Shown here: positions 10,215 through 19,219 of the stretch, one piece after another
Numbering within the stretch: the stretch's first letter is position 1
How the letters are laid out: the number at the start of each line of letters is the position of its first letter
IMG/VR virus record: IMGVR_UViG_2873737359_000001
Span: 96,001 to 160,000 of that record
Direction: 5' to 3' (one strand)
Length of the DNA: 64,000 nucleotides
DNA from: a virus
Taxonomy: Duplodnaviria; Caudoviricetes
Translations under genes and position numbers: made by a program
The notes under the pieces: generated by a model
What the model saw: the letters and a program-made list of their open reading frames with translations, nothing else
What the model was told of the DNA's origin: nothing
The model's database searches: none

Positions 10215-10300
10215 GCAAAGTGAATCCGTAAGGCACGGAACTGACCTGCTAAGTCATGTGATCCTATTATAGGATTGAATTTCGAATATTCCGCTTTGCG
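10215..10300 (+). tRNA. tRNA-Ser(GCT) with non-canonical 8/4 cloverleaf
   Basis: Acceptor GCAAAGTG/CGCTTTGC (8 bp), T stem GAAT/ATTC (4 bp), loop CTGCTAA, long variable arm, G discriminator. Confidence 0.7.
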
Positions 10301-10306
10301 TTTAAA

Positions 10307-10393
10307 GATATGTAAATTACAGCCCACTTCCTGTGGGAATTCGTAGGTGAAAATCCTGCCATGTGACTCCAGGTTATGTGATTGCAGCATATC
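10307..10393 (+). ncRNA. Unassigned multi-hairpin RNA C
   Basis: GATATG/CATATC closing stem enclosing CCCA/TGGG, GTAGG/CCTGC and CATGTGAC/GTTATGTG hairpins. Confidence 0.4.
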
Positions 10394-10488
10394 ATAAAAA
10401 AAGACAAAGAAAGAAGCTGCAGGACGCAGCTTCTACTATTATTAATCCAATATGGAATTATATACCCGCCAAGCTCAACAACAAGAAA

Positions 10489-10569
10489 TTAACAGAATGT
10501 TTTAATAACTCTTAGCACCCAACTGAGTGCATCAAGTCCTAGAATAATATATGTAATATACTTATCCAT
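10489..10569 (-). CDS. 26-aa hydrophobic peptide (type I toxin-like; not in ORF track)
   Basis: SD GAGGAGGT; MDKYITYIILGLDALSWVLRVIKTFC; own promoter and terminator. Confidence 0.6.
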   Translation of the reverse strand: MDKYITYIILGLDALSWVLRVIKTFC

Positions 10570-10729
10570 AGTTTATAAACCTCCTCTCATATCCGATTGG
10601 AGGCACATGAGCTAAAATCTGCCCTAAAAGGCGGCCGTTTGAAAATAACCGTTGTATATTGCTTGGTTTACCACGAGAGAAAATCTCCCTATGAACTCTT
10701 TTGGAGTCCTCGACCTCTAGCAGGATGGT

Positions 10730-10758
10730 ATCGTATCATAATTGGATAATCTTGTCAA
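10730..10758 (-). promoter_or_regulatory. Sigma-A promoter antisense to the tRNA array
   Basis: TTGACA-17-TACGAT with TG extension. Confidence 0.6.
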
Positions 10759-10818
10759 GTATTAATTGGTGAATGACTACTGGGTGGTCTGGCGATCCGG
10801 AAAGACGGATGAAATGTT

Positions 10819-10891
10819 GCTAGAATAGCTCAATTGGTGGAGCAGCTGATTTGTAACCAGCAGGTTTAGGGTTCGAGTCCCTATTTTAGCT
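10819..10891 (+). tRNA. tRNA-Thr(TGT)
   Basis: GCTAGAA/TTTTAGC; loop TTTGTAA. Confidence 0.88.
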
Positions 10892-10894
10892 TAT

Positions 10895-10977
10895 GCCGTG
10901 TGTCCGGGTTGGTGAGGAAGCAGTCCTGAAAACTGTTGGTCCGAAAGGACTTGCACGTTCGAATCGTGTGCACGGCG
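10895..10977 (+). tRNA. tRNA-Ser(TGA)
   Basis: GCCGTGT/GCACGGC; loop CCTGAAA (C33); variable arm GTCC-GAAA-GGAC. Confidence 0.8.
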
Positions 10978-10985
10978 TTTATCAG

Positions 10986-11002
10986 AGAGTTTGATCCTGG
11001 CT
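10986..11002 (+). other. 16S rRNA 5'-end fragment
   Basis: AGAGTTTGATCCTGGCT = first 17 nt of the universal 27F site; no rRNA gene follows. Confidence 0.7.
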
Positions 11003-11033
11003 TGATATTTTCATTTTTAGAAAGGCTTGGTGT

Positions 11034-11105
11034 GCATCTTTAGTATATGTGGTAATACAATGGTCTCCAAAACCATAGAACAGGGTTCAAGTCCTTGAGG
11101 ATGTG
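11034..11105 (+). tRNA. tRNA-Trp(CCA)
   Basis: GCATCTT/AGGATGT; loop CTCCAAA. Confidence 0.88.
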
Positions 11106-11113
11106 TTTATTAT

Positions 11114-11196
11114 GGGAGAATATTCCGTAGATAGTAGCGGGGCGGTCTGTAAAACCGTTGTCATTGACTCGGGTGGTGCAACTCCATCTTCTCCCA
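11114..11196 (+). tRNA. tRNA-Tyr(GTA)
   Basis: GGGAGAA/TTCTCCC; loop CTGTAAA; atypical T loop TGCAACT. Confidence 0.8.
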
Positions 11197-11333
11197 CTAG
11201 GTTGGCAAATTAAATCAAAATACCATAAAACATCGTAGATATAGTTTTACCATGAGGATGCTTGCGTCAGATTTGGTTTATAAAAGGTTTTGTCTCTGAT
11301 CATGACAGATAATGAGCCTTTGAGTCTACACAT

Positions 11334-11405
11334 AGATATATAGCTTAATGGATAGAGCGCACGGCTACGAACCGTGTAATATAGGTTCGAGTCCTATTAT
11401 ATCTG
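11334..11405 (+). tRNA. tRNA-Arg(ACG)
   Basis: AGATATA/TATATCT; loop CTACGAA. Confidence 0.9.
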
Positions 11406-11440
11406 CTTATCTCCTATTTGGATTGGAGAAATAAAATAAA

Positions 11441-11668
11441 GTGAGGAAATTAATATTGATAAGTATTAATGCAAAAGAAGCTGAATATCTGCGTTCAAAA
11501 GGCAGAGGATATGATGTAAAAACAGCAAATAAAAGTCATAAAAGTAGATCAAAGAAGTATTTTATGACAACAAATTTTAAGTCTGTAGAATTATTGAATA
11601 ATTATAGAAAATCTATAAATCGCACAGATCTTTATATCAAGAAAAATAAGCGAGATTTTCGTTTTTAA
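11441..11668 (+). CDS. Small basic hypothetical protein
   Basis: 75-aa K/R-rich ORF; start uncertain. Confidence 0.6.
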   Translation: MRKLILISINAKEAEYLRSKGRGYDVKTANKSHKSRSKKYFMTTNFKSVELLNNYRKSINRTDLYIKKNKRDFRF

Positions 11669-11690
11669 ATGATATTTACTTACTTGAAAG

Positions 11691-13136
11691 TTGGTGTTTG
11701 ACATAGGAAAAAAGAAAAAAGATGACGGCATTTATTTAATTGGTCAAAATGCTAACGATGTCACAGGAAGCTGTATTTACATAAAATATAATGGTAAAAA
11801 GATCCTGCTAGAGTGCGGATTATATCAAAATAACAATTATCTTGAATCATATAATATTAATTCAGAGAAATTTAAATTTAAGCCTTCAGAAATTGATTAT
11901 GTGTTTGTAGGACACACACATGTTGATCATATTGGTTTACTTCCAAGATTGATTAAAGAAGGTTTTACAGGAAAAATTATAGCATCACATGCCACCGCAC
12001 AATTAATGAAGCCATTGCTCTATAATTGTGCTTTTATTTTACTAAGCGAAGCAAATGCGTTATCATTCAAGTATAAAAGAGACTACTCTCCTATTTATAC
12101 CGAAGATGATGTTGCAAAAACGCTCGAATATATATATGAATTCGATGAATTGCATACACAGTATATTTTGGATGATATAGTATCGTTTAAGTGGTATGAA
12201 AACAGTCATTGTGTTGGTGCAAGGCAACTACAGCTTATATTAAAAGATAAAAATGGTGTTTCAAATTCTATTTTATACACTTCTGATATTGGTTCTTTAA
12301 ATACTAAAAATCATTATGTTTCTAATACTGAAATCCCTACTGATTTTAATAAAGTAACGATTATGGAATCTACATATGGAGAACCCGGTCGTATAAATAA
12401 AAAAACTAGAAAATTTGATTTGGAACATCTAAGAGTTGCTATTGAAACTGTAACAGAGCGTGGAGGAACAGTCGTTATGCCATGTTTTAGTTTTAGTAGA
12501 ACACAAGAAATATTAACAAATTTATACAATATATATCATAATACCAATTTTCAATATGACATTATAGTTGATTCTATTTTATCATGCGATATTTGTGATA
12601 TGTATTCAAATCTTCTATCTGATGAAGATTTAGACTTATGGCATAAAGTAAAATCTTGGGATAATGTAAAATTTATAAAAGAAAAAGAAGATTCTCTTGC
12701 TTGCGTAAAATCGCATAATCCTAAGATTATATTAAGTAGTTCCGGATTTTGTACAAATGGCAGAATCTTATCTTATCTACATGAATATCTTAACGATGAA
12801 AATAGTATGGTTATTTTTAGTGGATACACTGGATCTGATAATTCATATTTATCATACCGGATTAAAAATTATAAAGAAAATAAATTTATAAAAATTAGTG
12901 GTGATAAAGTTGAGAATAAAGCAGATTGTATATCATTAGGAACTTTTTCATCTCATGCAAATAGAAATGAACTGCTTACATATGGATCTAAAATCAATAC
13001 AGAAAAATTAGTATTAGTTCATGGATCTATTGTTGCAAAAAATAGTTTAAAGGAAGATCTGAAGGAAGCTATATCAAAAGAGAACAAGACTTTTAAAGTA
13101 GTTGCTTCGGCAAAAGATATGGTAATCGGATTATAG
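11691..13136 (+). CDS. Metallo-beta-lactamase / beta-CASP family RNase
   Basis: GSC, LLECG, HTHVDHIG, HCVG, YTSD, MESTYG, SSHA, LVHG; start uncertain. Confidence 0.9.
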   Translation: MVFDIGKKKKDDGIYLIGQNANDVTGSCIYIKYNGKKILLECGLYQNNNYLESYNINSEKFKFKPSEIDYVFVGHTHVDHIGLLPRLIKEGFTGKIIASHATAQLMKPLLYNCAFILLSEANALSFKYKRDYSPIYTEDDVAKTLEYIYEFDELHTQYILDDIVSFKWYENSHCVGARQLQLILKDKNGVSNSILYTSDIGSLNTKNHYVSNTEIPTDFNKVTIMESTYGEPGRINKKTRKFDLEHLRVAIETVTERGGTVVMPCFSFSRTQEILTNLYNIYHNTNFQYDIIVDSILSCDICDMYSNLLSDEDLDLWHKVKSWDNVKFIKEKEDSLACVKSHNPKIILSSSGFCTNGRILSYLHEYLNDENSMVIFSGYTGSDNSYLSYRIKNYKENKFIKISGDKVENKADCISLGTFSSHANRNELLTYGSKINTEKLVLVHGSIVAKNSLKEDLKEAISKENKTFKVVASAKDMVIGL

Positions 13137-13147
13137 GAGAACAAGGA

Positions 13148-13753
13148 ATGGATATTGTTGAATTACTTAAAGGAGACGATGATCTGTATACGGCTATAGT
13201 AAAAGATCATCTTCAGGAACGAAAAATTATTTTAAATGAAGAAGTCAACGACGGGGTTATTGAAAATGTATGTCTGATGATTATGAAATGGAATGAAGAA
13301 GATAAATATATTCCTACCTCAAATCGTAAGCCTATCTTCATTTATATCAATACTGATGGCGGGGATGTATTATCTGGTAATCAGGTACTCGGTACTATTG
13401 CGGCTTCTGAGACCCCAGTTTATACAGTGGGACTTGCAAAGTGTGCCTCTATGGGTTGTTACATTCTCGCTGCCGGACACAAACGTTTTTGTTTTGAAAA
13501 TACGGTAGTACTCTATCATGATGGACAAACTGGATATGTTAGTTCTTCAAATAAAGGAAAAGATATTCAGAAATTTTATGATAATCTTGAAAAGAGAATG
13601 ACTGACTTTATGGTTAAACACACGAACATGACTGCCGAATTTCTTGATGACATAAAGGATAGAGAATATTATATGTTTTCTGAGGAAGCAAAAGAAAAAG
13701 GAATTGTTGATCAGGTTATTGGAATTGATTGTAAATTAGATGATATTATTTAG
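13148..13753 (+). CDS. clpP: ClpP-family protease subunit
   Basis: IYINTDGG, CASMG (catalytic Ser), LYHD, EEAKEKGIVDQV. Confidence 0.88.
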   Translation: MDIVELLKGDDDLYTAIVKDHLQERKIILNEEVNDGVIENVCLMIMKWNEEDKYIPTSNRKPIFIYINTDGGDVLSGNQVLGTIAASETPVYTVGLAKCASMGCYILAAGHKRFCFENTVVLYHDGQTGYVSSSNKGKDIQKFYDNLEKRMTDFMVKHTNMTAEFLDDIKDREYYMFSEEAKEKGIVDQVIGIDCKLDDII

Positions 13754-13842
13754 CGAAAAATTACATATCTTTTTACATATATAATAATATCATCAGCAAA
13801 GCAATATGTCAATAAAAAATAGGAATAAATGGAGATAAAATT

Positions 13843-14061
13843 ATGGAATTAAAAAAAACAATTAAATATGACGGGAAACTTAAAGGACTTCATATGGTAG
13901 AAGGTCAACTTGTAGATTTGAATGGAGAAATCGTAGATATCCTTGAAATTTTCACCAAAGCATATGGCGAGAAACCATTTGATATGTCTACTACTACTAA
14001 AACAGAGGAAATCATTGATCTTGACGATGAAGATACTGATTTTGATCCAGATTTGAAATAA
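13843..14061 (+). CDS. Small acidic protein (YonK-like position and size)
   Basis: 72 aa, immediately upstream of the phosphoesterase as in SPbeta. Confidence 0.5.
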   Translation: MELKKTIKYDGKLKGLHMVEGQLVDLNGEIVDILEIFTKAYGEKPFDMSTTTKTEEIIDLDDEDTDFDPDLK

Positions 14062-14071
14062 GGTACGTCAT

Positions 14072-15259
14072 ATGGACAAAGATACATTTTTAAAAGATCA
14101 ATTAGATCTAATTAAGAGAAAACAAATGGATCCTTCTATTGAATGGCAAGACGTTGCGGATTTTCGTGAAGAATACTCCGGTGAAAAAGAACATCGAGAT
14201 ACTATTCGAAAAGGATCTAAACTTTTGTTAGAATATATTAATGGAGGATGGGATCTTGTTCCATCCTCTTCTATTGATATGGGAAGCTTTTCTGAGGCTA
14301 TGGAAATAAAGAAAGAACGTATTAAGCTTCAGACTGAGAAGCAGGAAATGAATAAGTGGATACGAGAATTGTCTCGTGATGAAATGATTGCAGAAAAAAT
14401 GGTCAATGCAATTACTACCCTCCCATCGCTTACTATTCCGGAACCAATTACTATTGATCCAAGTAAAAACGATTATCTACTTACTATATCAGACGCTCAT
14501 TATGGTGTTGAGTTCTGCATAAAAGATTTCTGGGGATATACAATCAATGAGTATAGTCCTAAAATATTCGAGAGTCGTATGTGGGAGTTATTTTATAAAG
14601 TAGTTGATCAAATTCAAAAAGATGATATCAAATTGTTACATATATTTGAGCTTGGAGACGCTTTAGAAGGTATTCTACGTGCAAATTCACAGCTTATGCA
14701 GCTTAGATATGGAATTATTGACTCTGCATTTTTATATGCTAATTTCTTATCTGAATGGTTAAATGAGTTAAGCAAACATGTAACAATTGAATTTCAAATG
14801 ATAAAAAGATCGAATCATAATCAGCTTAGACTTGTTGGACAGCCTAAGAATGCTTTCCCGGATGAAGATATGAGCAAATCTATGCTTGTATTTATTAAAG
14901 AAAGACTTAAAAATAACCCGAATATTAAAATAATTGAGAATCCAACTGGATTGGCGTATGCTCAATTAGGAATTCATAATATTATTGGAGGTCATTTTGA
15001 AACAAAAGATCTTGGAAAAGAATTGATGGAATATTCAAAAACATATAATGTGCCGCTTGATTATATTGTATCTGGCCATTGGCATTGTTCGTTTTCTGGA
15101 GAAATTGGAATTAATTCAGAGTATTTGTCTGTAAGATCAATTATTGGAGTTAATCCATATAGTATGAAAATTAATAAGACGGCTAACGCTGGAGCTTCAA
15201 TGTTTGTTTTTGATCAAAATGACGGATTAGTGGATGAACATAAATATAAATTACATTAA
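14072..15259 (+). CDS. Calcineurin-like metallophosphoesterase with N-terminal helical region
   Basis: ISDAHYG, LGDALEG, SNHN, GHWH. Confidence 0.85.
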   Translation: MDKDTFLKDQLDLIKRKQMDPSIEWQDVADFREEYSGEKEHRDTIRKGSKLLLEYINGGWDLVPSSSIDMGSFSEAMEIKKERIKLQTEKQEMNKWIRELSRDEMIAEKMVNAITTLPSLTIPEPITIDPSKNDYLLTISDAHYGVEFCIKDFWGYTINEYSPKIFESRMWELFYKVVDQIQKDDIKLLHIFELGDALEGILRANSQLMQLRYGIIDSAFLYANFLSEWLNELSKHVTIEFQMIKRSNHNQLRLVGQPKNAFPDEDMSKSMLVFIKERLKNNPNIKIIENPTGLAYAQLGIHNIIGGHFETKDLGKELMEYSKTYNVPLDYIVSGHWHCSFSGEIGINSEYLSVRSIIGVNPYSMKINKTANAGASMFVFDQNDGLVDEHKYKLH

Positions 15260-15265
15260 AAATAA

Positions 15266-15303
15266 AAAGCACTTACGTATAAATGTAAGTGCTTTATCTT
15301 TTG
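15266..15303. terminator. Bidirectional terminator-like hairpin
   Basis: AAAGCACTTAC/GTAAGTGCTTT flanked by A and T tracts. Confidence 0.65.
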
Positions 15304-15403
15304 TGGTTTGTTCAAATCATTCCATTAATTTAAATTACTTTTAAAGTATAACACAATATGTTTAAAATTGCAATTGTTATTTTACCCTCGCTGGACTTAA
15401 TTT

Positions 15404-15503
15404 TTACTGATGTCGGTGAAACATTTCGCGATGATCATACACGCAAAACGCCACATTAATTAAATTGAACAGCCATGTGCTGCATATAAAAAAATGTATT
15501 CAT
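15404..15503 (-). pseudogene. Small hydrophobic peptide gene frameshifted in a T7 run
   Basis: SD GGGAGGT, ATG at 15503; reads 15 aa as is, 32 aa if T7 becomes T6; promoter TTGAAT-17-TATTAT at 15699-15671. Confidence 0.4.
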
Positions 15504-15785
15504 GTATTATACCTCCCGTTCCGGCTCAATGAGCTTTATGCAGCAGGTTTATGAACTCACGCTTACCGTATGTAAAACGGCGTCCGTAGTAAATTTCAGT
15601 CCAGCTCCACATGAATGTCGGAGTGGCCCGACATTCTGACATCTTTTGGATGTCTCCACCTCAGTTGTATATAATAACATATTGTGTCTATACATTCAAG
15701 TAAAATAATACAAGTAGTATGCTATTACGCTGTTACTTATATTATACATTTCTGGAGGGCGGTCTTGCCCTCCTATTTTCTATCA

Positions 15786-15865
15786 CGACATATGGCGGAA
15801 TTGGCAGACGCGCCAGATTTAGGTTCTGGTGTTTATTCGTGAGAGTTCGAATCTCTCTATGTCGA
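15786..15865 (+). tRNA. tRNA-Leu(TAG)
   Basis: CGACATA/TATGTCG; loop TTTAGGT. Confidence 0.88.
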
Positions 15866-15891
15866 TTAATGAATAAAAGGAGGAGTTGTTT

Positions 15892-17208
15892 ATGGCTGTA
15901 GCTACAAAAAGAACAACTAAAACTGAGCCGGTAAAAATGACTCCGACTCAAATGAGAAATAAAATTCAAGATCTTGAAAATAAGATAGATATATATGAAA
16001 ATGATACTGCATGGTGTTTTATGTGCGGAAAGCCAAAGAATAAAAGTAAATTTTATGATAATACGGACCCTTTGACAAGTTCTGGTTGCTCTCCTATTTG
16101 CAGAGAATGTGCAAAGAAAATCGCATTAAGAACTGATAAAAATGGGGATGAGCATGAACCAACAAAGGAGTCTATTATATTGGCATTAAGGTATCTTAAC
16201 AAACCATTTCTCAATAGTCTATATGATTCAAGTATACAAGAATCCCAAAATGAAAATACAGGAAAACCCAAATCTAATGCATGGACTGCATATATAAAAA
16301 ATGTATCTATGAAGAATTATATTGGATTAACATTCTGGGATTCTGATATGTTTAAAGAAAAAGTTATTTATGAAGATGAAAAGACAGTTAATGATGTTAT
16401 AAAAGGCAGAGAAAATCAAGATACCTATAGTGAGTTCACTAAAAATAAAAATGATGTTGTTAGACTTCTCGGATATGATCCATTTGAAAAAGAGGCAATC
16501 TCTGATCAGCCTTTCTTGTATTCTCAACTTGTCGGATTACTTGATTCAAGCGAGGATGCAAATGATGATATGATGCGTACCGCTTCTGCTATTTCTATTG
16601 TAAGAGCGTTTCTACAACAAACAAAAATAGATAATGCAATTTCTAGTTATATGTCTGATATTCGTAAGTTGCAAAATAATTCTGCAACAATTAAATCCCT
16701 ACAACAATCTAAAAAAGATCTTACCAGTATTATTAAAGATTTGGCAGCCGAAAGTTGTATATCTTTGAAAAACAATAAAAACGCTAAGAAAGGCGAAAAT
16801 ACGTGGACAGGGAAAATCAAGAAAATAAAGGATTTGAACCTTCGCGAAGGTGAAGTGAACGGATTTGATATTGGTACATGTCGTGGTATGCAGCAAGTTA
16901 TGGATATGAGTAATGCTTCTATATTAAAGGCATTACGATTGGATGAGTCTGAATATTCTGATATGGTTGCAGAGCAGCGACAAATGATAACTTCTTTAAG
17001 AAGTGACCTAGATAATTATAAAGAAATCTCTCGTATCTTATTACGTGAAAATATAGATCTTAAAGATTACATGGAAGAGGCTGGATTGATTAAACCAGAA
17101 GATTTAGTTGATCTTGATGAATTATATTCTTGTTTTAGTTCACAAGAGCAGGAAGAGGTGATTGAGGATGATGAATCCTCAGAAGATACGAAATCTTCCG
17201 GAACTTAA
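15892..17208 (+). CDS. Zn-finger protein upstream of terminase (candidate small terminase / packaging factor)
   Basis: CFMC...CREC; SD AGGAGG; overlaps terL start. Confidence 0.6.
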   Translation: MAVATKRTTKTEPVKMTPTQMRNKIQDLENKIDIYENDTAWCFMCGKPKNKSKFYDNTDPLTSSGCSPICRECAKKIALRTDKNGDEHEPTKESIILALRYLNKPFLNSLYDSSIQESQNENTGKPKSNAWTAYIKNVSMKNYIGLTFWDSDMFKEKVIYEDEKTVNDVIKGRENQDTYSEFTKNKNDVVRLLGYDPFEKEAISDQPFLYSQLVGLLDSSEDANDDMMRTASAISIVRAFLQQTKIDNAISSYMSDIRKLQNNSATIKSLQQSKKDLTSIIKDLAAESCISLKNNKNAKKGENTWTGKIKKIKDLNLREGEVNGFDIGTCRGMQQVMDMSNASILKALRLDESEYSDMVAEQRQMITSLRSDLDNYKEISRILLRENIDLKDYMEEAGLIKPEDLVDLDELYSCFSSQEQEEVIEDDESSEDTKSSGT

Positions 17209-19216
17209 TTATTGCGAACAAGGGGATAAAATTTTTGTAAAGCCTGGAGTTTATCCAATGTCCTCCAGAAAATTGGAAGGCTTTATAAAAATTGCCAATC
17301 TCCAAAAATATTACCAGTGTAATCCGGTAAGATTTATTAATGATTTCTTTAATATTGAACTGCTTGATGCTCAAGCCTGGATCATTCAAAGATCCTGGAA
17401 CTGTCCTAACGTTCTTCTTGTTTGTACTCGTGGATTCGGAAAATCTACTTTGATAGATATCATGGTTATGGCCAAAGATATGTTATTTAACAACTATTGG
17501 ACCTATATTGCTTCAGGCTCAGGCAGTCAGGCTGAACAAACCTTTACGACCCTTGAAAGAATTGCGAATGATAATATAGACACAATGCTTGGATCAACAG
17601 GATACATATTCAAGGCTGAAATTGAAATAAAGAATGCTGCGGGAGATGGTTTCAGCCACTCTTCTAATGGATTTTCATATAGTCTTTATAATGGCGCATT
17701 TACTCAAACACTCAATAGTAATATAGATAAAAAAAGAGGTATGCGTGGTAATGTAATATTTGATGAATGTGGATGGCTTTCTGATGAAATGCTTCAAACA
17801 TATGGTGCATTCGCAATCGTCAATAAAAGTTTCAAATCTGGAAAAGACCGTGATGGTAATTCTATTGATATTAATCGTCTCAGATGTATTCCATCAAATA
17901 TCCCTAACCAATTATTTTATATATCTTCTGCTTCTTCTACTGATACAGAGTTTTACAAGTTATATCGCGATTTCAGTAAACGACAACTTATGGGAGATCC
18001 AGATTATTTTGTAGCCCATATTGATTGCGAAGTTGCGTTTAAGCCTACCATTCGAGGACAGGTTATGGAGCCTCTTCTTACCCGATCCACAGTAGAAGCT
18101 GCTATGCGTTCTAATCCCGAAAAAGCTCGTCGTGAATATTATTGTGAATTTACTTCTGATGCCGGAGCGAATGCAATCATTCGTAGGGGTGTTATTGCTA
18201 GAAATGAAGAAGTTCGTAAACCTATTTTATATAACGATACTGGCAAACGAAAAATAGTTATTGCATACGATCCAGCTCGTAGCAGAGATAATTCTGTAAT
18301 CCTTATTGCAGAAGTGTATGAAGACAAAGATCAAAATGGTGATAAAGAATACAGAATGCGACTGCTCAACTGTATTAATCTTATAGATATTAGTGCAAAA
18401 CGTAAAAAGCCAATGCAAACTCCGGATCAGATTGATTATTTAAAAGAATTAATTCTTGATTATAACCAAGGCGGCGATGATACATATAGTAACATTTTAG
18501 GAATCTATATCGATGCCGGATCTGGTGGAGGCGGAGTTAATATTGCCGATTATCTTATGCCAGATTGGAAAGGAAAAGATGGAAAAATACACAGAGGGCT
18601 TATAGATAAAGAATATTCTGAAGAGTATATAAAAAAATTCCCGAATGCAGTAAATAAAATACATCTTATGTCTCCTACCCAATATAAATCTGAAATGTAT
18701 GAGGCAATGATTGAACTTATGAACCAAGATAAGATAAATTTTACTGCTTCTTATGATGGAAAAGGTTATATTACTATGTTTGATATTGACAAAGAAAAGT
18801 ACAACAAAACAAAAGCGGATCTTATTGCAAAATACAAAAAACAAAAATTATCTCAAGAAGAAATTGAAGAAAATGTGCAAAAAGATCTTGATAATTTACA
18901 GAATGTCAAAAGTCGTATTGAAAAATTAAATTGGCAAGAGCAAATTGCACTTGCTAGTATTGACGCTTTAAAAGAAGAACTTGTAAATATGATACGTATT
19001 AAAAGAGAATCCGGAAAAGATTCTTTTGAAATATGCCCTGAAAAACGAAACAAATTACATGATGACCGAGCTTATGTAATGTGTATGGCATCTTACGCTC
19101 TTCAATGTGAGCGAAGAAAATATATTACTTCAAAACATAAACCCAAAACAGATATTTCATTAGTGCAATCTCTCACCATCCGTAGAGGGAAATTGCATTC
19201 TATATTTGATGAATAG
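17162..19216 (+). CDS. terL: Terminase large subunit
   Basis: Walker A CTRGFGKS, Walker B VIFDE, ISSAS coupling motif, nuclease AYDPA, IDAGSGGG, HDDRAY. Confidence 0.92.
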   Translation: MRMMNPQKIRNLPELNYCEQGDKIFVKPGVYPMSSRKLEGFIKIANLQKYYQCNPVRFINDFFNIELLDAQAWIIQRSWNCPNVLLVCTRGFGKSTLIDIMVMAKDMLFNNYWTYIASGSGSQAEQTFTTLERIANDNIDTMLGSTGYIFKAEIEIKNAAGDGFSHSSNGFSYSLYNGAFTQTLNSNIDKKRGMRGNVIFDECGWLSDEMLQTYGAFAIVNKSFKSGKDRDGNSIDINRLRCIPSNIPNQLFYISSASSTDTEFYKLYRDFSKRQLMGDPDYFVAHIDCEVAFKPTIRGQVMEPLLTRSTVEAAMRSNPEKARREYYCEFTSDAGANAIIRRGVIARNEEVRKPILYNDTGKRKIVIAYDPARSRDNSVILIAEVYEDKDQNGDKEYRMRLLNCINLIDISAKRKKPMQTPDQIDYLKELILDYNQGGDDTYSNILGIYIDAGSGGGGVNIADYLMPDWKGKDGKIHRGLIDKEYSEEYIKKFPNAVNKIHLMSPTQYKSEMYEAMIELMNQDKINFTASYDGKGYITMFDIDKEKYNKTKADLIAKYKKQKLSQEEIEENVQKDLDNLQNVKSRIEKLNWQEQIALASIDALKEELVNMIRIKRESGKDSFEICPEKRNKLHDDRAYVMCMASYALQCERRKYITSKHKPKTDISLVQSLTIRRGKLHSIFDE

Positions 19217-19219
19217 GAG

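Noticed and set aside
9714-10390. Minus-strand ORFs 9714-9980 and 10082-10390 (also the ORFs at 15719-15969)
   Set aside because: Shadows of tRNA genes
10773-10818. Hammerhead-like CTGGCGA...stem...GAAA before tRNA-Thr
   Set aside because: Core deviates from CUGANGA, with no stem III or UH cleavage site
9200-11410. Theta (HDV-like) ribozymes after tRNAs; suppressor tRNAs or stop-codon recoding
   Set aside because: No HDV nested pseudoknot found by eye; no CTA/TCA anticodons; TAG and TGA end normal genes
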